NCBI GenBank assembly: GCA_965644295.1
Contig: CBFFRP010000645.1
Location: forward strand, 62,001-126,000
Direction: 5' to 3'
DNA length: 64,000 nucleotides
Source of the DNA: Paraphysomonas bandaiensis
Taxonomy: Eukaryota > Protista > Chrysophyceae
The translations under genes and the position numbers were made by a program. Below the pieces are notes generated by a model. The model ran no database searches. It had not been told where the DNA came from and saw only the letters and a program-made list of their open reading frames with translations. This document shows positions 37,974 to 48,756 of this stretch, in pieces; positions within the stretch are counted from its first letter, which is position 1, and each line of letters opens with the position of its first letter.

Positions 37974-38813
37974 ATTATCATCCTTAATAGTATTTGCAAT
38001 TGAAAGTAGCTGCTCTCTAATATACTAACTCACCATGCTGAGATACTAGCAGGATATAAACTTAAAACATAGAAGCTAAATGCAAATTATTATACTGCCT
38101 TTTCTATTTTATCAAGTATTTAATGCATCTTATTCATATTCAGGTTCATTTGGCTTATTAATATCACTATGTATATGCATCAATGACTCTGATAGTGATC
38201 ACTATGCATCTTAACTGTTACAGTCATCAATGGCTTGGATGGTGCATTGCTTTGTTTACTAAGATTATGCATATTTTGGAGAAAAAACCATAGGTTTTCA
38301 AAAAAAGGTAGGATTTTCCGAGTTTTTTTGGTAGTTGTATGTCTTTTTTATATACTGTATGTGTATATATATACAGCAGTATGTGTAAGTGTCAGTATGT
38401 GTGTGTACACTCGCGTTATGGTGGACAGTAATGTATCTGAGTCTGCACCATATAAAAACCTAGGTTTTTGTGGGAAATTCCAGGTTTATATAAGAAACAT
38501 AAATTTGTCCACCATCAGAAGACTAGGCTCTCGAAATGGGACAAACAGGCTACTATAGTCGTATGTTGGTATCCATCCGTATCATATGTACACATATGTA
38601 TACTATACAACTCCACGTCACTTCCATACATCTGTTTTATCAGCCAATAATATACCTCTTCATTAATATACATCTCATCTATTGGTCAAAGATGGATATG
38701 AGAAAGTGACTTTATTCAAATACACACTCACTCATCTCATAATGCACTTCAATGGTAAGTATATATGACCCTATAAGCATATATACATACACTAATTATC
38801 ATACTATACTACA

Positions 38814-41800
38814 ATGATATCCATATTCTTTATACTGCTGATGATGATGATAAAAAGTGAAAGTCAAAGAAGTGAAAGTCAAAGAAGTCAAAGAAGTGAA
38901 AGAAGTGAAAGAAGTGAAAGTGTATCTGATCAATGTACATCAATTGCTATATCATCATATGCTATGATTGATACTACAGCTATAATTACACATAATGATG
39001 ATTGTAATGAATGTGATATACGTATTACACATATACCATCCTTTCAATGGATGAATGATACATTTCGTCCAATTTTCATGACAAGACCATCATATCCACG
39101 TTATTTGGAGACTAAAGAATATAATATACATGGATCAGCGTATCTGATAGGGACAGAAGATAGAGAGATATATGAATGGGAGGCGATGACACCAGTGTTT
39201 TATATACCACAGGTATGAGATGATAGAATTGAGAGTGTTGTTGATTGATTGATGATGGGGAATGGATAGCTCTGACTGTATGGGTTACTACTGTATGTAT
39301 GTGTATGTATGTGGATAGCCTGACTGTATGGGTTACTGCTGTATGTATGTGTATGTGTATAGATAGCTCTGACTATAGGAGTTACTGCTGTATATATATG
39401 TGTATAGGGGTTACTACTGTATGTATGTGTATAGATAGCTCTGACTATAGGAGTTACTGCTGTATACATGTGTATGTGTATAGATAGCTCTGACTATAGG
39501 AGTTACTGCTGTAAATGTATATATGTGTATGTGGTGCTATGACTATAGGATTTGCTGCTGTATACATGTGTATGTGTATAGATAGCTCTGACTATAGGAG
39601 TTACTGCTGTATATATATGTGTATAGGGGTTACTACTGTATGTATGTGCATAGATAGCTCTGACTATAGGAGTTACTGCTGTATATATGTGTATGTGTGT
39701 ATAGCTAGCTCTGACTATAGGAGTTACTGCTGTAAATGTATATATGTGTATGTGGTGCTATGACTATAGGATTTGCTGCTGTATACATGTGTATGTGTAT
39801 AGATAGCTCTGACTATAGGAGTTAGTGCTGTATATATGCATATAGTTATGACTATAGGAGTTACTACTGTATATAAGTGTATAGATAGCCCTGACTATAG
39901 GGGTAAGAATTACTGCTGTATATATGTGTATGTGTGTATAGCTAGCCCTGACGATAGGATTTGCTGCTGCATATATGTATACAGGGGTAAGAATTACTAC
40001 TGAATATATGTGTATAGTTGCTGTAGGGGTTACTACTGTATATATGTGGTGTATAGATATGACTATAGGAATTAATACTGTATATATGTATATATGTGTA
40101 TAGTTATGACTGTAGGAGTTACTGCTGTAGATAAGTGTATAGATATGATAAGAATTACTACTGTATATATTTATATATGTGTGTTGTTATGAATATTGGG
40201 GTTAGTACTGTCTATGTATGTAGAGTTATGACTATGTGAGTTACTCCTGTATATATGTGTATAGTTATGACTATAGGGGTTCTTACTCCTATAGTCGTAT
40301 ATAGTTATGAACAATTGCTATGTGCGAGAACCGTAGAGGTTACTACTGTATAGTTATATATAGTTACGTAAGGAAATGTATTACATATATATTGTTATGA
40401 CTCATTATTGCTGCAGCTTATTATATGTGTTTTTCTAGTAGTGAGTTTATTATTGTTGTAGTTATTGTCGTAATAACCGTGGTTATAGTTATGATATTGA
40501 TTTTTTATGTTCTTTTGCTTTTTCTGGTATAATTCATGCTATTATGATGGCGGTTTTCGTTATTCTTGTTTTGATCAGGTGCCTCATACTTATGCATATA
40601 CGCTTGGAAATTATCCTCTTCAGAACGAGAAACAGTTATCAATGGGCGAAAGTACTTGTGCTGCAAGGTTTTACACTACTTCCGCATATTCTGTAAAGAA
40701 TAAGGGCAAGGCGAAGATGGATATCAACACTCTTATGGAAGTCGCAATGGAGCGGTGCGCAGATGCTGTGTGTGCTATTAAGTTAATGGGTTCTCTTGCT
40801 GTGGAGTATGGATTTTTCGGGAGTGACCCTGGTCCACATGGAGGCGGAGAAGCGGTTACACTCGCCGATAATTCTGGAGCTGCATGGGTATTTCATATAT
40901 CTGCTGATGATACCGGGACATCTGCCGTCTGGGTGGCACAGGTGAAATATCAAGAATAAAGTTAATTTATTAGAAGTTGACTTCTCTGTATAATTAATTA
41001 TGTATCTTTTATCTTATGCATGCGTTAACAGAGGGTACCAGATGGAGAATTGGCGGTTGTTCCGAACCAATTCATCATTCAGGAAATTGACCTTGATGAC
41101 ACTGATAATTTTCTTGCATCTGAAAATATCTACAAGGTCGCTGAGCGAGCTAAGATTTGGAACAAACACAGTGGAAAACCTTTCAACTATCTTCATGTGT
41201 ACGGGTTCGACTACGGATCAGACGGATACATGTGCACTCGACGTACTTGGAGGATATTCTCTTTAGCTGCTCCGTCGCTGTCGATCTCTCCGTTTACGGA
41301 TAGTTATGCGTCCTTCGGTTTTGGGCCTCATGGGAGAGAGCCTTACCCATTCAGTGTCAAGCCAGATAAAAAGCTGACACTCTCTGATGTGATGGCTATG
41401 ACGAGGGACACCTATGAGGGGACGCAATTTGATCTCTCGACGGGTCTCGCAGCGGGGGTATTCGGAGATGTTATGCGGTACGAAGCCATGCCTTCGTTTA
41501 TTGACTCCAAGAACGGCATACTTTACCCCAATGAGACGTCTACGGCTCTAAGATTTGAGAGGGCTATATCTCTATATAGGACGGTTTACGCCTCCATCGC
41601 CCAGGCACGGCCAAATTTGCCTGATGTCATTGGAGCAGTGGTTTGGATTGCACCGTATGCACCTCATCATAGCTCATATGTACCGGTGTACGTTTCTCCT
41701 GACAGCACCCCCTCATCTGTGAGTACTGGTACGCAATACAAGCTGCATAAAGACTCGAACTACTGGGTTCACAGCGTGGTTGGCAACTACCTGAGCAGGT

Positions 41801-42651
41801 CTGTTTTGGAGAGTTTCGCATATGTGGGATATGTTTGTGCAGAATATATAGTAAAATCAGAGTTTATAGTAATATGTTCGTGTTCTAGTAACTCCTGCAT
41901 TCTGTGTTTCAGATGGTATAAATATACTATTGGAGATGTTCGCTCCCTCCAGCGCAATATCGAGACCGAAATCTTCGCCCAACAAAGTGTAGTTGAGGAA
42001 AAGGCTTTGAGAATTCTCAATAAAAGGGCAAGTAAGGACAACAAGAGTAACGATACAAAAGAAGACAATAGTCATCGGGCTCTACACGACAAAACATCTC
42101 TCTCGGAAGTTAGTGAACTTCTCGGGGAGTTTCATGAGAATGCTGCTGCAAAGGTGCGGGACGAATGGTGGGAGTTTTTCTGGCAATCTGTTGGCAAATT
42201 TAGAGATCAAATGATGTAAGAGTAATTAATTAGTTATGATGAAATATTATATATGCTCTGCAGTGTTGTGGACCCTCATGCTCCAACATATCCTGCAGCT
42301 ATAAGGTGGATGATGTATCCTCGCTGGTGGCTTGAATCCATTGGATTTTGGGGAGCCCCTTTTACACCTGCTCCTGGAAGGGGTGCAGCAGAACCAGTGA
42401 CTCCGAATGGTTATCCCACCTTATCGTCGCCTGCTGAGTATGATGCCGCTTATCCGAATGGAATTGGATCGCCATACAGGAACACATGTTTTCAGGAACC
42501 CGTGCCGACTACAACATGGGCACCATTCTGGCTGGTATTGTTGGGGTTCTTGGCGGGGCTCATCTGCACAGTAGTTGCCAACAGGTTTTATCCCTCTATG
42601 AAGAGCGGATATATGCCTGTTGATGACGGCATCTCGATGAGCAATGCTTAA
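38814..42651 (+). CDS. Peptidase family C69 (dipeptidase, Ntn hydrolase) with signal peptide and C-terminal transmembrane helix
   Basis: CTSIAI...THNDD, NEKQLSMGESTC, GEAVTLAD, AVWVAQRVPD, VVPNQFII, ERAISLYRT. Exons 38814-39212, 40579-40941, 41032-41798, 41913-42215, 42264-42651. Confidence 0.9.
39265..40300. repeat. Minisatellite (GATAGCTCTGACTATAGGAGTTACTGCTGTAT... units) in intron 1 of the C69 gene
   Basis: Direct reading. Homogeneous to about 39830, then decays. Confidence 0.9.
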
Positions 42652-42959
42652 TGGTTGGTATAACTTATAACTAATGCCTGCATCTACAGAAGGTGTGTTT
42701 CAGCTATATCATATCTTTTGGTTACCTTCAACGGATTATGGAATTGTTACTACTAATTTTACAAGATTGCTGTTCAGTTTGAACACTATCTGATTATGAT
42801 AATAGCGGAATATCTTTCAACGCATGCATGACACAAAATAGCACTTGTTCTATAAATCTCTATTCTAATGAATAATGTTGATTTGATACTTATTGCGCAA
42901 CAGAAGTGTTTTAATAGTGTGAAATAGTACGTATTGAATGTCTGCTAATTAGCATTAGG

Positions 42960-43974
42960 CGTCTAAGAGTCAGAACTAACGTAGTAGCAAAACACTCAAA
43001 CTAACTAGTGCTTAACTGATATCCTACTATTTAGCGCTTTCATCACTTTCACTCTATCACTCAAAGCAAACGCAATGAGTAAGCAGAATTTTGACATACC
43101 TGACATCCGCTAACTTCAGGATTATTGAGTCCTCAAGGTGAACAGCCCCCGGATGCTTGACATCAGCTGGCAGCCCAATACCCCGGATTCCTGTTTATTT
43201 GTCACCGCCCAAAGACGTCTACACAAGAGACACTATCTGTCACATTCGCCTATGAGTGGGTAGAACAATAACTGTTGAGTATATGCGCGATTCACGTTAG
43301 TTTCCCATTTGTCCAGTACTTATCCCCTAGAACACCATGTAAAGGTGCAAGTCCGACTTTGTGGAGGGTAAAATAATACGTGAACGTATCAACTTAAAAT
43401 AATACATATACTTGGATGGTAAAATAACTTAAATAATAAATAACTGAACTTGAACTTTCACAGTAATTAATTACTGTCTCCTCATTCATTGATATTTGCT
43501 ACAATTATTCTTTCTCAACAACACAACCTTATAACAATTAATACCATACGGGTAATATGGAGGCAGGATAGAATAAAACTAGGAGTGTTTCACCAACTGC
43601 TTTTAAAAGTTAAGTCATCATAATATCGCTTTCCCTAAAATTTCATCAACAAAGTTGGACTCGTACCCTTTCGTGGGGTGCTCTGGGAGATAGCGTAAGC
43701 AGTTATTGTTCTGCCACTCATAGCCGAATGCTTGTGTAGACGTCTTTGGGCGGTGGCAAATAAACAGGCATCCGGGGTATTGGGCTGCCAGCTGATGTCA
43801 AGCATCCGGGGGATGTTCACCTTAAGGATCAGGTATATCAAAATTCTGCTTGCTCACTGCGTTTGCTTTGAGTGATAGAGTGAAAGTGGTTGCACCTTGG
43901 TGTTTGTGGTAACGCACAAGCAGCTTTCGTAGCGCTAAACAGTAGGCTATCAGTTAAGCACTGACTCTTAAACG
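42960..43974. repeat. Long imperfect inverted repeat (arms about 42960-43362 and 43649-43974)
   Basis: For example, CCCCCGGATGCTTGACATCAGCTGGCAGCCCAATACCCCGGAT in the left arm has its exact reverse complement in the right arm. Confidence 0.92.
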
Positions 43975-44435
43975 ACTGTTTATTATATTAAGACTTCACT
44001 ACTTCCTTAAAACTGTGTAAAATAATAAAATCACTTTCGAATGACTGTTAATATCATAATTAAGATGGAATATAGTTTCTATTCGAACCGAATATTGTAC
44101 TTGAATACCTATACGAGCATCTTAGCCGGTCGCGAGTATGAGAGTCCTGTTGAACCCAATTCAAATCAAAAAACACTTTTTTTGAGACCAAATGGGGATA
44201 AGATATCTAATATTGCGGATCTGCCAATTGTACAGATAGAATTCATTTTTCAATACTTCTGTTATACTCTCTCACCACTACATTCAGACGAAGACAAAAA
44301 ACAATGCAAACTTTGTTATTACGTCAGGTCAGTGTGAAACTTTTGAGGTGCTATCTGAGTATCGCACGCATACAAAAAACATTGAATCTACAACAATTGC
44401 TTAGCATGATTACACGCATGAGCGAAGACGACATA

Positions 44436-45621
44436 TTAAGTCGACGCAGAGTCCGACTTCTTGGGTCGTCGAAGTTCCACGACTAAACCATGGTGGTCTG
44501 AAAGTGTCGACTTCACTCCATCTTTGTGTTTGATATCAACGAACTGTTCTGCAAACACAAGCTGTGCACTATGTGCCTTCCATTCATCAAGAAGACAATC
44601 CCGTTGCACAAAAACATGATCACAACGTTGACCAGGACACTCTGCATGAGGTCCAATCTTGTTTAAATAGTTCGTAGGGTCCCATGAGTACTCAGGACCC
44701 TCTAAGAGTCCTCCGGCAGCCTCTGCCTCTGTATATGCATCTCTAAATCCATTGAGAATAACATACTCATAATTTCCAGGTGATGCTTCTGGACCACAGT
44801 TGAGGTCACCCACTATGATCCCACCAGCATACGTGCCCACATCCATTTCATTCTGTAAACATATATATATATAGTCATACACAGGTATGTATAGATATTT
44901 ATATATACATATATATATATACATGAATACGTATATGTATTTACATACATACATATACGTATATACACAGTACATATATACACGTATACATACATACGTA
45001 TATAACTATACATATATACATATATAACATAACTATATACACATATCTATACATATATACACATACATACATGCATATACATACCCTTTTAGGAGACAAA
45101 CACTCAATTGCTTGTCTAAGTTCATCCTCTCTATCTGTATCAACACCTGGATTCTCTGGATGTGTTACCCCACCAGCAGTTGCATGCATATTCACCAATG
45201 ATACCATACCAATGCATGGTATATCAACAGTCATAACAAGATTTTGTTTCGTAGCCATCCATGCTTCTAATGTTGCAACTTTTTCTAGTTTTTCAATATA
45301 TGATCTAGAAATCGGGTATTTTGATAAAAATAATAAACCATTATGGAATTTTATTATCCCTCCTGTATTATATCGGGCATTATATGGATAAATATCCCTT
45401 AAATTTGATATAATAAAATCAGCATGTTTTTTTTCATAACATTCTTGTATTGATACAATATCAGCATTAATACAACGTATTTTATTGGGTATATATGGTA
45501 GACGTTGATTAGCATATGGAGGATTTGAAAACACGGGAATCCCAAATAAGGAAAGTCGAAGTAATCCAACATTGAATGATAAAAGTTTTAATGAATCATA
45601 TTCTGAAGTATTTGAATTCAT
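44436..45621 (-). CDS. Endonuclease/exonuclease/phosphatase (EEP) family protein, sphingomyelinase-like
   Basis: LSFNV, IQE, NMH, GDLN, CDH and SDH motifs. Exons 45621-45085 and 44852-44436 join in phase 0. Confidence 0.9.
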
Positions 45622-45747
45622 ATTTGATTATATGGTGATGGAGTATGTGAATAGTGGGGTATATGTGGAGATATGTGAGGAGAAATGCATGTGTATGTAT
45701 GTATGTTGTGATGTGGATGTTATCATGTGTGTGTATTGACGATGTGG

Positions 45748-45900
45748 ATACATACATACATACATACATACATACATACATACATACATACATACATACA
45801 TACATACATACATACATACATACATACATACATACATACATACATACATACATACATACATACATACATACATACATACATACATACATACATACATACA

Positions 45901-45930
<30 letters not shown>
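45748..45930. repeat. (CATA)n microsatellite
   Basis: Direct reading. Confidence 0.97.
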
Positions 45931-45931
<1 letters not shown>

Positions 45932-46480
45932 TATACTGTGCTACACATACAGTACATACATACTGTGTGCTCTACATACATATACATACCATACCATACC
46001 ATACCCATACGTACGTACGTCCATATATAATACTGCTGTACGTACATACCATACCAGCTCCCGTACTATGTAATATATCATACACTGTATTTAATACAGG
46101 CGTATATAGCAGGGTATGTACAGTATATTTTACTGCTGTTTTCAGGTAATCCTGACATTTTCATCATCGTGAAGGTCGAAAACTCCAGTTTTGTTGTCCA
46201 TCTTGTTGATACCTCGAATTCTGGAACAAAAACGAAGAAATACTGATTTTTTGTTAAAAATCCGGATATTAAGACACCAAAAACGTTAAAATCGAATATA
46301 TATATACAGAACAGCAATAGACTCTGCTGTATGTATATGTCTATGCCTCTATTAACACACCCATATGAGAACCACTTGATTACTATTGATAACTATCTAT
46401 TCAACACAATCTAATAGAATTTTTATTGCATTATCCATTAATTAACATCATATTATTGCATTATTACCTAATTTCAACCT

Positions 46481-47499
46481 ATGAAGGGGTTATATATACA
46501 CATATATACATATATAACAATATGCATAATTAGCTCATGTGATTGCATTAAACTTCCATCTAATAAACTTGATTCTTTCATATGGTTACAACGTGAGAAT
46601 TCTAAAGTTGATACACAAAAGCAAAAGTTATTAAAATTTCTTCATTCTAGACATGTGCCTGTAGAACTCGAGCCAGGGTCTTTACATACACACTCTGATA
46701 CTACGAATGAGGGTGTTTTAATAGCAGAAAGCACTAATGAATCACCAGTGAGTTGCAGAGTTAGTCTATGTACAATTCCTTATGGAAGGAAGGCAATAGC
46801 TCCGTGTGGATGCAAGGGTTCTCAGCAGGTGCGTACCATTGTACCGGTAGTATATCACTATATAATCCCTATTATGTACAGTGGATTCAAGTTTCACAGC
46901 TGAATCGCCTGCGCCGGAGAGACCCCGCAAAGTGGATTACTTGTAGTACCTGTCAACAGCCGTTTGACTACTCTCCTTTGTATCTTTACGGTGGAGTGAA
47001 AGGGAATATTCTTTCCACACTACTTGATAAACCATGGATACTTAGGAGCGCCATAGCTGTTACTGCAGCTGCCCTGGTTAGTTACTTCAGTGCGTTGAAG
47101 TGTACGCTCTAAATATTTTGATCAGGGACATTATGTATTACCCGTCAGCTACGCTTTTCACAGACTGCTCACATCGGACTTTCTATGGCAATCTGTAAGT
47201 TGAAACATACTATCCGTACCCAATTATTGTTAACGGTGTATGCCTAGTACCCCCAATGGCAGGGAATACTACGGTTGCCACTGTTAATGCACATATGGTG
47301 GATGCAGCTGTCTCTTCAGGGAATGTTTAGCCTCTTCAAGGCATTGGAGAAGAGAATTAGAGGAATTTTGGTTGAGATTGAAACGGATGTAATTGAGCCA
47401 TTATTACCTGTTAATACTCAAGTACAGGACATACGTACGTCGTCAGCAATAGAGCAGGATAGTGATGATTTGGATAGTGCAGATGGTATAGATTTCTGA
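46481..47499 (+). CDS. Degenerate RING-CH (MARCH-like) membrane protein, four exons
   Basis: CRVSLC...APCGCKGSQQ|WIQVSQLNRL...CSTC followed by hydrophobic segments. Intron 46829-46881. Confidence 0.7.
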
Positions 47500-47625
47500 C
47501 TGTTATTTCTAAAAATGATATATAGCTTTTCGCTCCTGTGTACTTTATACTTAGTGTCAAAGAAAATCGAATCACAGCGAATTTGTATTTTCTGCTTATA
47601 AAATAGTACAAATAATATAAGAAAG

Positions 47626-47762
47626 TACTGAGTGTGTGGTTTGTACACTATAGTAGTAAATGAATGGTGTTGAACACATCGAATGCAACTTAGGTTCTTT
47701 ATTATGTAATGATTATAATTTCATCTTATCAATTGAGAATATAGTAAACCTTAGCAAATAAT
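47626..47762. repeat. Dispersed repeat, inverted copy of 54892-55026 (probable LTR fragment)
   Basis: GTGTGTGGTTTGTACACTATAGTAGTAAATGAATGGTGTTGAACACATCGAAT is shared exactly, with scattered mismatches beyond it. Confidence 0.9.
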
Positions 47763-48024
47763 AAAAGACACCTTCTGATACATAAGAGACACCCCTGGGT
47801 TATATAATATATAACACTGCAATAGCAATTCAGGTCTAACTGCCAGTTATACCTATTGAAAGTAATATTGCTCTACGCTGAAACGAGTTTGACAAACATT
47901 GCAATCATATATGATACCATGTTCCAATGATTTAGTACAGAAAAAACACTTGCTCAGAAAACCCTCTTTAGACATTTTACTATTTTAATAGATTACTTCT
48001 TCTGAAAACTTAATACTACACTAA

Positions 48025-48540
48025 CTACACAGATTCTTTGACGGCTATTTTCATGACAATAGCATCTTCAATACTTGAAACTTCCAATTCATGCGGAGAA
48101 AGCTTGAAATAATTTATCAACGCAGTAGTCTTCTCAGGCGTCATGAGAGTATTCAGATGATCTAAGTCAGTTTCAACTCCATCGACTAATTCATTTGCCA
48201 TATTTTTAATCTCTTCAGAAGGTTCATATAATACAACAGCAACATCATGTGTATTAGATGAAGCAATAAGTTGATCAACAGTTCGATTAATGTGTTTGGA
48301 TGGTGATAAGTGATATAAAAATTCAGCTTGTATAGTTTTTGCATACATTTTTTTATTCATAATATTAATTGTTGTATTATATAATGCCATTTGTAAATGA
48401 AATGGTGTTGATACATACTGTAAGTTCACTATAGCACCATAATTAGGATCGAGTTCATTAGTACGTATATTTGTAACGTCTTTATATATAGTAATGTGCC
48501 ATTTGTTTGCAATGTTATTGTCTATGGTAGTAGGTTCCAT
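48025..48540 (-). CDS. CGI121: KEOPS complex subunit CGI-121/TPRKB
   Basis: 171 aa. FHLQMAL, KTIQAEFLYHLSPSKHIN and C-terminal IEDAIVMKIAVK match the Cgi121 pattern. Confidence 0.82.
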   Translation of the reverse strand: MEPTTIDNNIANKWHITIYKDVTNIRTNELDPNYGAIVNLQYVSTPFHLQMALYNTTINIMNKKMYAKTIQAEFLYHLSPSKHINRTVDQLIASSNTHDVAVVLYEPSEEIKNMANELVDGVETDLDHLNTLMTPEKTTALINYFKLSPHELEVSSIEDAIVMKIAVKESV

Positions 48541-48756
48541 GTGTGTATATGTATATGAAAGAGGTGGGATAGTGATATTGATTGTAAGATGAGATATATG
48601 CAGTGGTGAGAGTATATGTATGTGATATATATATATGCACCGTAGGTGAAATACTGTGGCAGTATTTTTTGGGTAGCGTGTGACTATGTTTCACCTACGC
48701 CTGGAATATCAACAAAATAAAACTGAAATATCAGATTTTTACCGTACGTGAAATTA

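Noticed and set aside
44041-44430. ORF fragments (LFLRPNG...; RTH...HDY) faintly like a tyrosine-recombinase C-terminus
   Set aside because: No HxxR motif and broken frames; it would need a tBLASTN hit.
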